Positions 42,823 to 51,815 of a stretch of DNA of 64,000 bases are shown here, in pieces (position 1 is the first letter of the stretch; each line of letters begins with the position of its first letter). The stretch comes from a virus, in IMG/VR virus record IMGVR_UViG_3300036939_000014, positions 1 to 64,000 of that record. One strand, written 5' to 3'. A program made the translations under genes and the position numbers. The notes under the pieces are model-generated. The model was not told where the DNA came from and did no database searches. It saw only the letters and a program-made list of their open reading frames with translations.

Positions 42823-42855
42823 TAAAAAAGAGGGCTAACAATAGCCCTCTTTTGC
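42823..42855. terminator. bidirectional terminator
   Basis: A6-AGAGGGCTA-acaa-TAGCCCTCT-T4. Confidence 0.7.
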
Positions 42856-43326
42856 TTATCTAGCCCTTTCTTGTAGCCATAGCCAGCGAGCAATCAGTAG
42901 AGCATCAGAGCGTCCATCTTTCCTCACAGGTTCACCTTTCTTGTTGTATTCAATGAGCGGTAAAAGCGGCTCAGGATAAAGCTTTAAACATTGGTTAATA
43001 CTGTCATTGCCTCTACTCTTGCCCTTCACTCCAAAAACTCGTTGCCAATCTTTAGGGTCTACCATTAAAAATGGAACATGGCGAGCAGCCAGTATGCCTC
43101 TTAAATCCCCTATGCTTATTCCAAAACTCATGCAGCTAGGCTTTCCCATTTTTTCACCTGGGAATGGTTGTTCAATGACGCCTCTTGCTATTTGGGGCAA
43201 TGCTTCAATCAATGCAACAGTCTCAATGATGTTAGAGGGCATATCATGTAGCGCAATGCACATCCCCTTTGAATCCAATAGGGCGATCGCCCCTTCTTTA
43301 CCGGGGTCAATTCCTAGATAGTTCAT
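42856..43326 (-). CDS. RuvC-like Holliday junction resolvase
   Basis: MNYLGIDPGKEGAIALLD ... VIEQPF ... SDALLIARW, typical RuvC-fold catalytic layout. Confidence 0.7.
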   Translation of the reverse strand: MNYLGIDPGKEGAIALLDSKGMCIALHDMPSNIIETVALIEALPQIARGVIEQPFPGEKMGKPSCMSFGISIGDLRGILAARHVPFLMVDPKDWQRVFGVKGKSRGNDSINQCLKLYPEPLLPLIEYNKKGEPVRKDGRSDALLIARWLWLQERAR

Positions 43327-43381
43327 AAATGCAAAAAGACGGCTTAAGCCGTCTAGGTAAGGTTGATGTTACAGTTGTTTG

Positions 43382-43591
43382 TTAGTTTTCCAAAAAGCCT
43401 TCATAGTATCCCCAAGCATAGTTGCTGTCTGATTTGAGAATAGTTTCTATGGGAAAGCTTCTGATTGGTGTTCCTCGATAGCTTGATTTCTTTCCATCTT
43501 CATAGCCTTGCTGAAAGTTTTGGCTAGAATAGTCAGCAGTTAGTCCAAATTTTTGTTTTAATTGCTGTCTGTAAGTCTTTAATGCACTCAT
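43382..43591 (-). CDS. hypothetical protein (69 aa)
   Basis: Terminator 43333-43355. Confidence 0.5.
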   Translation of the reverse strand: MSALKTYRQQLKQKFGLTADYSSQNFQQGYEDGKKSSYRGTPIRSFPIETILKSDSNYAWGYYEGFLEN

Positions 43592-43594
43592 TCT

Positions 43595-43813
43595 TTAAAA
43601 CTCCTGTGCTAATTGTTTAATCGTTTCTTTTGCTACTTCCCAACCTGATACAACAACTCCTACCTGATGTTTAGTGTCATGCACCCAAAAGCTACAACGG
43701 TCAAGCCTTAAAATTGCCAATCCTGGATACTGCTCAAAGTTGTAGGTCTTTGTATTGCCACTAATCAAGACTGGATTCAATGGCGTTAAGCGTATCTGTT
43801 GTAATGTAGGCAT
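43595..43813 (-). CDS. hypothetical protein (72 aa)
   Basis: Box promoter 43854-43871 with AGCGAGCAACGG leader. Confidence 0.5.
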   Translation of the reverse strand: MPTLQQIRLTPLNPVLISGNTKTYNFEQYPGLAILRLDRCSFWVHDTKHQVGVVVSGWEVAKETIKQLAQEF

Positions 43814-43853
43814 TTGTTGTACTCCGTTGCTCGCTACATACTATCTTAGGCAG

Positions 43854-43871
43854 ATTTTACGCAATCGTCAA
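43854..43871 (-). promoter_or_regulatory. box promoter
   Basis: TTGACG-attgcg-TAAAAT. Confidence 0.6.
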
Positions 43872-43956
43872 TATGTCTATCTAAAAAAAGTCAGCTTTCA
43901 GGGTTGACCTCAATGTCTTAAACATTAAGTGTCATGCTTTTATTGGGAAATCCCAC

Positions 43957-44196
43957 TCAAGGTTCTACTTCAACGCAAAAATGTACAGAATCAACTTCTG
44001 TATGGAATTTGGGATATATTCTAACAACCTGGTAAAGTTTATTGTTTATGTAGATTTTGGCGCTAGGGTTATTGCCTAGCCAAGTAATTACACTTGGGGC
44101 AATTTTTAATCCGCCTAGATACTCAGAGCCATTATCTGTCATGTGTTTAAAAACAATAGAACAATTACTGACAATTTCTTTTTTCTTCCCAAACAT
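43957..44196 (-). CDS. hypothetical protein (79 aa)
   Basis: Divergent from the helicase gene. Confidence 0.5.
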   Translation of the reverse strand: MFGKKKEIVSNCSIVFKHMTDNGSEYLGGLKIAPSVITWLGNNPSAKIYINNKLYQVVRIYPKFHTEVDSVHFCVEVEP

Positions 44197-44239
44197 GGCT
44201 TAAACCTAGTACTCGACTACTCATCTACAATAACATACT

Positions 44240-44257
44240 TTGACAATTGCGTAAAAT
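44240..44257 (+). promoter_or_regulatory. box promoter
   Basis: TTGACA-attgcg-TAAAAT upstream of the SF2 helicase. Confidence 0.6.
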
Positions 44258-44294
44258 ATTTAGTAAAATAAAGCATCAATACTAAGGCGAGCCA

Positions 44295-46202
44295 ATGGAA
44301 CATCCAGTAATACAGCGAATACAGCATGAGTTACAAACCAAAGACTACTTGCAGCAGCTTTACCCTCATCAAAAGAAAGCTTACCTAGAGATAGCCTTGG
44401 AGTACATCAAGGGCAAGAAAGCACCAGTGTTTCAAGCTGTGACGGGGTATGGTAAAAGCCAACTAGCTAGGGCAATAGTTCGCAGCACTTATGAACGGAT
44501 GATAGAGAAAGACCCTAATAATATTCGCAGCAAGATATTGTGGCTAGGTAAAAATGACCACATTCTGACAAACGCTTATGAGCATCTTTTAGGTGTGGGA
44601 TTACCTGCAAGTGACATAGGAATAATTAAAGCCTATAAGAGCGCATCAAAGTATCCTTTTGAGCCTGCCAAAAAAATCCAAATAGCGAGTATTCAAACTC
44701 TACAGTCTTGCTGGGATGATTGGAAAGTCCGAGGTTTGCTTTACATGATGGACTTCCAGTTCATTGTCATTGATGAGTGTCATAACTTCTGCAACCGCTC
44801 AAAGCTTTATAGTGGCATTATTGAACACTATCCTCATGTGCGTAAGTTAGGATTAACAGCAACGCCTTATCACAAGGCAGGACTTAACGAGAACTTTGAC
44901 ACCCTAATAATGTCACTCACCCAGCGCGAGTTAGCTCACATGGGTTATCAGCCTTTCTGGGAAACATTTGGTACAGACTCCCCCGTAGACCGCAAGACTC
45001 TAACAGTAGGTGCTGATGGTGAGTACACACAAAAGTCTGCAAAGAAAGCTGCTGATGCAATAGCAACCAAACATGGCGACATCGTTAAGAGCTGGCTGCA
45101 ACACGTTGGCAATCGATATGGTCATGTTCCTACAATACTGTTTGCTGAAAGCATCCAACACAGCAAAGATTATTGTCAGTACATTAATGATGCTGAATTG
45201 GTAGTTAATAATAAGCCGCTGCGAGCCGTTCACATCGATGGCACCATGAAGTCATGGGAGATGGACAAAGTTTTTGAAACCATTCTTACTCGTGAAGCCA
45301 CAATATTATGTAACTGTGCAAAGTTCTTGGAAGGTCTAGACTTAGCAACAGTGGCAGAGTCTAGAGGATTTCCTAAACTAGCCTTTGGTTGTGTTCAAGA
45401 CATGACGTTTGTCAATAGCATCAATAGACATAAGCAGAAGGTTGGACGCGCCAGAGGCTTCTACTGGGGGGGCAAACTTATTGCTATCTACTTAGACCAT
45501 GTGGGTGCCAGTGAGGAGCATGGTGACCCTGACACAGTATTTGAGTGGAGTCTAGATGGTACACCCAAGAAAGCACCCGGAGAGAAGCCCGTTAAATTGT
45601 GCCCACCAGAGGATAGGGGTTGTGGTAAATACATTCTACGCTTGCTAATGCAATGCCCTCATTGTGGTTATGATGGATTTCCACAACAACTAGAGGAAGA
45701 ATTAGAGCCTGAAGACTTACATGATAAAGATGCTGAATTGGTCAGATTAGAACGTACTAACTTAGACCACTTTCAATTCATGCTCAAAACTCAAGAGACT
45801 AAGGGATGGGCAATCGGTGAGTTCGTCAAGTACGCTCCAACCTATGAGGAAATGTTACAAGCTTGCAAGTTAGCTGACTATGATTGCTCACTGGCTTTGC
45901 AAAGATGGGTAGAAGGGCAACGTATCGCCTTACAGTCTTATGATTGGTTGCCAGAATTTCAGACGGTGTTAGACATCCTCAAAAGCCTTACAGACCTCTG
46001 CAATCAAAAGCCCTGGAAAAAAGCAAAGGCAATCAAACCATTGCACACCTATCGTGTATGGGTCAGTCTAATGAGGCGAGCAAATGGCTCAGGATGGAAA
46101 CCTAGCATGGAGGAACTGTTACAAATTCAGAACGCTTGCGGATTCTCAAGCAAATGGGCATGGGCAGAAAGTCAACAACAGATCGCTAGAAGAGGAGCAT
46201 GA
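44295..46202 (+). CDS. SF2 DEAD/DEAH-box helicase with C-terminal zinc ribbon
   Basis: AVTGYGKS (Walker A), VIDECHNF (DExH), GLTATP (motif III), CPHCGY. Confidence 0.8.
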   Translation: MEHPVIQRIQHELQTKDYLQQLYPHQKKAYLEIALEYIKGKKAPVFQAVTGYGKSQLARAIVRSTYERMIEKDPNNIRSKILWLGKNDHILTNAYEHLLGVGLPASDIGIIKAYKSASKYPFEPAKKIQIASIQTLQSCWDDWKVRGLLYMMDFQFIVIDECHNFCNRSKLYSGIIEHYPHVRKLGLTATPYHKAGLNENFDTLIMSLTQRELAHMGYQPFWETFGTDSPVDRKTLTVGADGEYTQKSAKKAADAIATKHGDIVKSWLQHVGNRYGHVPTILFAESIQHSKDYCQYINDAELVVNNKPLRAVHIDGTMKSWEMDKVFETILTREATILCNCAKFLEGLDLATVAESRGFPKLAFGCVQDMTFVNSINRHKQKVGRARGFYWGGKLIAIYLDHVGASEEHGDPDTVFEWSLDGTPKKAPGEKPVKLCPPEDRGCGKYILRLLMQCPHCGYDGFPQQLEEELEPEDLHDKDAELVRLERTNLDHFQFMLKTQETKGWAIGEFVKYAPTYEEMLQACKLADYDCSLALQRWVEGQRIALQSYDWLPEFQTVLDILKSLTDLCNQKPWKKAKAIKPLHTYRVWVSLMRRANGSGWKPSMEELLQIQNACGFSSKWAWAESQQQIARRGA

Positions 46203-46203
46203 A

Positions 46204-46449
46204 ATGTTCCTACCGGGCGATCGCTTTCAAATTTACTATGATGACTGGCTGCTTAAAGTCCATCCGGAAGGTTTCAGGCACCCTAGAGTAGGCAGCTATC
46301 ATAAGGTTTGGATTGAGGTCTTCAGACTCTACCTAGACACAGCTGGTGATTATGCTTATGTCTGTAGACACTGTGATTGCAAAGAGGTAGATAGCGAGCG
46401 AAGCGACCGTGAGTTTGTAGTCAGACTTGGTGAATTGGCTTTTAAGTGA
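46204..46449 (+). CDS. hypothetical protein (81 aa)
   Basis: ATG 46204 directly after helicase stop; terminator 46467-46510. Confidence 0.5.
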   Translation: MFLPGDRFQIYYDDWLLKVHPEGFRHPRVGSYHKVWIEVFRLYLDTAGDYAYVCRHCDCKEVDSERSDREFVVRLGELAFK

Positions 46450-46466
46450 GAGGACGGTTTAACACT

Positions 46467-46510
46467 AAAATAATACCCGCTAACTATTCCAGTTAGCGGG
46501 TATTATTTTC
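46467..46510. terminator. bidirectional terminator
   Basis: 15-bp stem ATAATACCCGCTAAC/GTTAGCGGGTATTAT flanked by A and T runs. Confidence 0.75.
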
Positions 46511-46523
46511 TAAGCAAAAATTA

Positions 46524-47303
46524 TTACTTAGGTCGTATCATCTGCTTGGCTTTTTTAATGTGTGCAACTTTTACCGCTTGCAATGGGTGGAGGTTGTCAT
46601 CATCTATCAAATCTGTAACATTAGCCTCAGCACGATCTATTAAAGCCAAGTCGTCAATGCTGCAATAGTCCCTTATCTTATTGCGAGGGCAACCTAAGAT
46701 TGATTCTAGTTGCATTGCATCACGACCCCATAGCCTTTGATAAATCTGATTCGTGACTATTGAAATCAAACGACCCATTTCAGAATACGGCTCATTAATA
46801 TCGTTAAGATACCACCATGCCTTTATAGAATCGGTAAGTGATCGCCTTGTCTTTTTACCCGAAGCTCGTATCTTGCACCATTCTTTTAAAAACTCTAGTT
46901 TGTCTTTCTCTGCCTCTTCTGTTATTGCAGAGAAGTCCCCGTTAATTACTCCCCATAGAACTTTGTTAGCTTTAAGCTCAAATTCAGGACTAATCCAGAC
47001 AGCAAGGCTTAAAGCTATCAGGTGATGTCCCCATGTGCTTTGTTGATCGGCTGAAAATGCCTTTCCTCCACCGCGTATTTCAACGATTAAAGCGGATATG
47101 GGAAATCCCGTATCCGTTGACAAACAAGAGGTATAGGCTTTTGTGCGCTTAAGTCTTAGAAAGTCAGCTAGCTTCTTTTTGCCAGCTTTGCACATCTCAG
47201 TAAGGTTTACATAACCTTTAGGTATCCGATATTGCCCTATAAAAAAATCTTCGCTAGCTTGTGAAACGTTCAGCCCGTCAAATGAATGTGGTAAGATGCT
47301 CAT
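46524..47303 (-). CDS. KilA-N domain DNA-binding protein
   Basis: GYVNLTEMCKAGKKKLADFLRLKRTKAY resembles KilA-N. Confidence 0.55.
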   Translation of the reverse strand: MSILPHSFDGLNVSQASEDFFIGQYRIPKGYVNLTEMCKAGKKKLADFLRLKRTKAYTSCLSTDTGFPISALIVEIRGGGKAFSADQQSTWGHHLIALSLAVWISPEFELKANKVLWGVINGDFSAITEEAEKDKLEFLKEWCKIRASGKKTRRSLTDSIKAWWYLNDINEPYSEMGRLISIVTNQIYQRLWGRDAMQLESILGCPRNKIRDYCSIDDLALIDRAEANVTDLIDDDNLHPLQAVKVAHIKKAKQMIRPK

Positions 47304-47397
47304 TGTGAACCTATGTCGTGATATGGTTTGCCGTGCCGCAGAGCGTCAACTCGTGCGGTCTTAATTATTTTACCATCCATTAACGAATAAAGAAAAT

Positions 47398-47682
47398 ATG
47401 AATAGCACCAAAGTTACCCAAGAAGAAGTGACCGCTCTACTTAACTCAGCCGACATTGAAGAAGCTGTGTTGTTCGGCGCAACACTAGTAGTTGCGTATC
47501 AGTTCCCATCATTAGGTGGATGGACTGTCAGAGGCGAAGGTTCTGTGGTAGACCCTAACAACTTTGATATTGAAACAGGACGCAAGTATGCTAGAGAACA
47601 GGTAGAGCATAAACTATGGCAGCATTTGGGATTTGTCAAGCAATTGGAATTAGCTGGACTTATTCAGTGGATTAAGCCATAA
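47398..47682 (+). CDS. Gp49-like phage protein
   Basis: 94 aa; G.G.SVVDP.NFD.E.GRKYAREQ...KLW pattern resembles the N4 Gp49 / Sf6 Gp66 family. Confidence 0.4.
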   Translation: MNSTKVTQEEVTALLNSADIEEAVLFGATLVVAYQFPSLGGWTVRGEGSVVDPNNFDIETGRKYAREQVEHKLWQHLGFVKQLELAGLIQWIKP

Positions 47683-47699
47683 CTAACTAAGCAGGGATA

Positions 47700-47736
47700 G
47701 CGCCAACTACATTTAATCCCTACCAGGGATTGAAAT
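47700..47736 (+). other. solitary CRISPR-repeat-like 37-mer
   Basis: GCGCCAACTACATTTAATCCCTACCAGGGATTGAAAT: hairpin TCCCT-acc-AGGGA followed by ATTGAAAT. Confidence 0.35.
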
Positions 47737-47811
47737 TGCTCGCTCTTTGTAAGCGTTAATATTCCCGCTAAAGCCCTCTAGATTCTAGAGGGCTTTTAAA
47801 ATACCTTTATG

Positions 47812-47830
47812 TTGACATTTGGGTAAAACT
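47812..47830 (+). promoter_or_regulatory. box promoter
   Basis: TTGACA-tttggg-TAAAAC. Confidence 0.55.
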
Positions 47831-47865
47831 GGCTAGGATAGTAAGAGAAGTTAATTAAGGTGATT

Positions 47866-48018
47866 ATGCTCACAACAGGAAACTTTGCAAACTTTTCAGC
47901 AGCAGTGAGACTCTACCGGGAGCTAAAGCAAAAGCCAGAAAATCAACTAACAGCTAGTGACCGTATTCACATTAAGAACGTGGAGCAATACGCAGAATGG
48001 AACGGAATAAATCTTTGA
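47866..48018 (+). CDS. possible small ORF (50 aa)
   Basis: ATG after box promoter 47812-47830; overlaps the next ORF start. Confidence 0.3.
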   Translation: MLTTGNFANFSAAVRLYRELKQKPENQLTASDRIHIKNVEQYAEWNGINL

Positions 48019-48518
48019 GTAAAATGACCAAGAAAGATGAGCAACTATTCAGCATGATTAAGCAGGGCTGGATACCTTATCTAGTCGTAGAACTGAATCA
48101 CAGTAAAGGCATCTATTCTGTAAACTCTGGTTCTACAATTGGCTGTTATCACATTGTCAAAAACAATGAAATACTTGGTCTGACTTGTGAGCATGAGCAT
48201 GGGTCTTACAATGACCATCACCCCTGCTCACACATTCGTGCGGTGCAAGAGTATCTACTAAGTGCTGATGGTTACGTAAGTTTTGATCAAGAGGTTCATA
48301 GTAGATGCCACTCTAAGAGCCTGAGAGCCAGCAAAACCAAGACAAGGTGGGAATGGCTAATTACAGACACTAGAGGTCTGTCAATCGGCTGTATGGGTGT
48401 CACAGTAGAAGCCGATAGTCCCATCCAATGGTGGACAACTTATGAGGGCAATCATGCCGCCACTTGGGACAACTGCAATCAGGCTCTAGAGTACTTACTG
48501 GCAACAGTAAGCTTCTAG
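47997..48518 (+). CDS. hypothetical protein with SWIM-like Cys/His motif
   Basis: LTCEHEHGSYNDHHPCSHIRAV; terminator 48562-48587. Confidence 0.45.
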   Translation: MERNKSLSKMTKKDEQLFSMIKQGWIPYLVVELNHSKGIYSVNSGSTIGCYHIVKNNEILGLTCEHEHGSYNDHHPCSHIRAVQEYLLSADGYVSFDQEVHSRCHSKSLRASKTKTRWEWLITDTRGLSIGCMGVTVEADSPIQWWTTYEGNHAATWDNCNQALEYLLATVSF

Positions 48519-48561
48519 GCTACTGATTACGATAAGCTTTAGACAAATCTGTTTGTCTTGC

Positions 48562-48587
48562 TACCCGCTCACAAGGCGGGTTTTTTA
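48562..48587 (+). terminator. rho-independent terminator
   Basis: CCCGC-tcacaag-GCGGG plus T6. Confidence 0.65.
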
Positions 48588-48588
48588 G

Positions 48589-48745
48589 TGGCAATATAAT
48601 AGCCGGGAGTGAGCAAGCATGAGAGGAACATGACTAGGTTCGGCTCTTGTTCAGAACAGACTTCAACGCTTCACTACATATAGCTTTGAGCCACAGACAC
48701 CAACAGCATGTAGATAATAACTACAGAGGTTTGCTACCGTCTGAT
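48589..48745 (+). ncRNA. structured repeat element E16
   Basis: TGGCAATATAAT then GGGAGTGAGCAAGC 5' domain; core; degenerate terminal stem. Confidence 0.5.
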
Positions 48746-48761
48746 ACCAGGTCTAGTTTGG

Positions 48762-48938
48762 TGGCATTTGGTGCGATCGCTCAGGTCTTCATTGCCTGAA
48801 GTTTGGCAGAACCATCGCACCAACTGACTGATTATGTGTTCCCCCTGAAAATTGACCTCTAATGCTTGCTGCTTATGGATTACAGCTACCGGAACCAATA
48901 GACTCTAGATAATAAGTAAGCAGCTAACGTTCCGTTTA
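48762..48938 (+). ncRNA. structured repeat element E17
   Basis: TGGCAT start; 10-bp stem TTGGTGCGAT/ATCGCACCAA; CCTGAAAATTGACCTCTAATGCTTGCTG core; CCGGAAC..GTTCCGTTT. Confidence 0.65.
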
Positions 48939-48953
48939 CAGATACTGGGTCAC

Positions 48954-49180
48954 TGGCAATACAGACACGATCGCAAAAGCAACAGGTGTGATAACAATGT
49001 CCCCCCGCATAAGGCTAGCATCAGTCACCCAATGCAAGCCTTATTTGTTGCCAGAAGCAAAGCAACTGACTTCTATTCTGTTCATTCTCAAAACAGACCT
49101 ATAAGCCTTGCTCCATATGGTGTTGAGCTACCGGAACCTCCAATATGTTAGTTAAATCAGAAGCACTAACGTTCCGTCTA
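48954..49180 (+). ncRNA. structured repeat element E18 (long 5' domain)
   Basis: TGGCAA start; extra hairpin ATAAGGCT/AGCCTTAT; AGAAG/CTTCT hairpin; core; canonical terminal hairpin. Confidence 0.6.
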
Positions 49181-49211
49181 ACACCTCTCTCCCAAAAAAT
49201 TTAACTCAGCG

Positions 49212-49232
49212 TATTGACATTCTGCTAAAGAT
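49212..49232 (+). promoter_or_regulatory. box promoter
   Basis: TATTGACATTCTGCTAAAGA upstream of the SSB-like gene. Confidence 0.55.
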
Positions 49233-49317
49233 AGAGTTATCTTTGATTCATGGAACAAGCCACAGTCAATCAAGACGCACGGCACCATCCTGTAAACCTT
49301 TACAAAACTTCAAGCTT

Positions 49318-50094
49318 ATGTCTTCCTTCATTCCTTCTAGCTACGATGTTTCTTCTTTGCAATCTGGGGGCGATCAGCAGTACTTCAAAATCAAAAACGG
49401 TGAGAACAAAATCCGCATTCTATCCAAAGAGCTTGTGTTTGGCTTTGAATACTGGACAAATGAGAACAAACCAAAGCGTCTTAAGACCCGTCCGGCTATT
49501 ACACCTTCAGACATCCGGTTGAATGATGACGGTAAGGCTTCACCGATTCGTGAGCTATGGTCAATGTTCGTTTGGGATTACTCAGACGGACAAGTTAAAA
49601 TTTGGAACTTCTATCAGATGTCACTCAAGAAAGACCTGACAGCATTGAGTAATGATGAAGACTGGGGGCATCCCAACCAGTACGACATCAAAATCACTAA
49701 GACAGGCAGCAGCCTTACCACTGAGTACAAAATTATTGCTAGTCCCAAAAAAGACCTTACTCAGTCTCAGCTTGACGCCATTGAGGATAAAGTTCTAACG
49801 TTCGACCTCAATAGTCAGTTCAGTGATGCTCAGACGCTGCCACAACAGGCTGCCGCCCCTCAGAATGGCTTTCCACCTAAACTGCCATCTTCAAGAGCAG
49901 AATTAACACAATGGGCAATGAGTAAGGGTATCGCTGAAGACATGGTTAACAACCTGCTGGAAGACATCAATAAGGTTGCTCAAGAGAAAGCTGAAGCAGG
50001 GACACCAATGTCTAGCGAAGACAAGCGTAAAAGCTTCTTTGATTCTGTAAATGCTTATCTCGCAGCTAATGGAGACGATGTAATTCCCTTCTAA
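49318..50094 (+). CDS. putative ssDNA-binding protein
   Basis: ATG 49318; ends NGDDVIPF, matching the bacterial SSB C-terminal tip (DDDIPF); directly upstream of the RecD-like helicase. Confidence 0.5.
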   Translation: MSSFIPSSYDVSSLQSGGDQQYFKIKNGENKIRILSKELVFGFEYWTNENKPKRLKTRPAITPSDIRLNDDGKASPIRELWSMFVWDYSDGQVKIWNFYQMSLKKDLTALSNDEDWGHPNQYDIKITKTGSSLTTEYKIIASPKKDLTQSQLDAIEDKVLTFDLNSQFSDAQTLPQQAAAPQNGFPPKLPSSRAELTQWAMSKGIAEDMVNNLLEDINKVAQEKAEAGTPMSSEDKRKSFFDSVNAYLAANGDDVIPF

Positions 50095-50147
50095 GCCTCT
50101 CCCCATAGTTTGACTCGCTTACAGCCTCCGAAAGGAGGCTTTTTGTT

Positions 50148-50196
50148 TTGACATTATGCTGACATTTAGTTAAGCTTGTATTATCTAAACGTCAAC
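50148..50196. promoter_or_regulatory. double-box promoter plus inverted box
   Basis: TTGACA-17-TAAGCT with CTGACATTTAGT in the spacer; inverted full box TTGACGTTTAGATAA on the minus strand at 50181-50196, just before ATG 50198. Confidence 0.6.
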
Positions 50197-50197
50197 A

Positions 50198-51763
50198 ATG
50201 ATTATGAACGCGCAAGAAATACCACTAATTGGGCAAGGCAACTGGGATGCAATCGACTACGCGAGTATTGAGCAAGGTTTGTACGGCATTACAACACCGG
50301 ATGGCAAAGTGTTGAATGAGCAGCAGGTGTGTGCAGTATTGTTAATGGAATGCTGGTATTTAAAAAACTGGGATTTTTTTAACACTCCGATAGGCAAGCA
50401 TCTATTAAAAGATATCGCACAGAAATTAGTGCTAGAAAGGGCAAATGAATGGATTTATGATCCCGTAGAAGTTACTTTAGATGATCCCAATCTTGCCTAC
50501 TATGTTGAAGATTGGTTTGAGTCTGACTTTACCCTTATAGGTTTTGCCGGAGTGGGCAAAACTGCGAGCCTACAAGCATTCTTGCATCGTGCCAAACAGA
50601 GAGCGCACCTATTAATTACTGCCACTACACCAACAAATAAGGCACTTAAAGTCCTGAAGGCTTTTGGAAAGTCTTCTAAGATTACAGGCATCGAATACCA
50701 AACCATTTATCAGTCTTTAGGGATGAAATTAGAGACTGATGACGATGGTAAAGAAGTCGCAGTAGGCGATAAAGACGGCAAACAGAACTTACAAGACTTT
50801 GACTTAGCCATTCTTGATGAAGCATCAATGCTGAATGCTTCAATGCATACTCGCATTGTCGGCTTGAGTAAGCGCCCTAAGTTCATCTTCATGGGTGACA
50901 GTAAACAGCTAAAACCCGTAGGCGATAAAACCATCTCGCCAGTCTTCACTAATGTCTTAGCCTCTTACACGCTCTCAAAGGTTATGCGTTACCCAGAAGG
51001 CAGCGCTATTTCCAACCTAGTAACCGCTGTAAGGGATAACGTAGGCTCTACTGAGTGGATAGACCCGCGTGACTATGCAAATGGCTCAGACGTAATAGTG
51101 ACTGACTCTGAGGACTTCCTTGACCGTCTAATAGAAGACCTACAGAGCGATCGCTATCAAGACAACCCTGATTCTGTGAAAGCAATCTGCTACACCAATA
51201 AAGTAGTTGATTGGATTAACGGCTATTGCCATGAAAAACTTTACGGTAAGAAAGCTGATGCATTCGTACCGGGGGAGCGGTTAGTCAGCACCAAGCCTAT
51301 TACCCGTTGGAAGCCTGGAAGTGGAACAGAAGTTATCCTGAAAAACCGCTTTGAAGTGGATGTTTTAAGCGTTGTAGAGGATGAGGTAGAACGATACAAG
51401 GCTTGGAAAGTAACAGCAAGTGTAGTTGATGAAGACCGTAGAGTCAGACTGGTAATTGTTGACCCTAGCGAGCGTAAGAGGTTAGCTGAACAATTAGACG
51501 AATTAAGACAATGGGCGTTACAGCTCCCAAAAGGAAGTACAGAACGTAAGAGCGCTTGGCATGATATGTTCCAGCTTCGAGATGCGTTTGATAGTGTTGT
51601 ACATTCTTATGCAATAACGGTTCACGGCTCGCAAGGAAGTAGTTTTACAAGTGTTTATGTCGCAGCAAAAGATATTTTAAGGTGCAGAGATACGCTGGAA
51701 CGCTCACAGCTTAATTATGTTGCGTACAGCCGTGCTATGGAACGTCTCATAATTTCGGTATGA
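50198..51763 (+). CDS. RecD/Dda-like SF1 helicase
   Basis: GFAGVGKT (Walker A), LAILDEASML (Walker B), AITVHGSQGSSF (motif V/VI). Confidence 0.85.
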   Translation: MIMNAQEIPLIGQGNWDAIDYASIEQGLYGITTPDGKVLNEQQVCAVLLMECWYLKNWDFFNTPIGKHLLKDIAQKLVLERANEWIYDPVEVTLDDPNLAYYVEDWFESDFTLIGFAGVGKTASLQAFLHRAKQRAHLLITATTPTNKALKVLKAFGKSSKITGIEYQTIYQSLGMKLETDDDGKEVAVGDKDGKQNLQDFDLAILDEASMLNASMHTRIVGLSKRPKFIFMGDSKQLKPVGDKTISPVFTNVLASYTLSKVMRYPEGSAISNLVTAVRDNVGSTEWIDPRDYANGSDVIVTDSEDFLDRLIEDLQSDRYQDNPDSVKAICYTNKVVDWINGYCHEKLYGKKADAFVPGERLVSTKPITRWKPGSGTEVILKNRFEVDVLSVVEDEVERYKAWKVTASVVDEDRRVRLVIVDPSERKRLAEQLDELRQWALQLPKGSTERKSAWHDMFQLRDAFDSVVHSYAITVHGSQGSSFTSVYVAAKDILRCRDTLERSQLNYVAYSRAMERLIISV

Positions 51764-51785
51764 TACTTTCAGGTGAATACCCCGA

Positions 51786-51815
51786 CTGCCACCTTGACTA
51801 GAGGTGGCTTTTTTG
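51786..51815 (+). terminator. rho-independent terminator
   Basis: GCCACCT...AGGTGGC plus T6. Confidence 0.7.
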
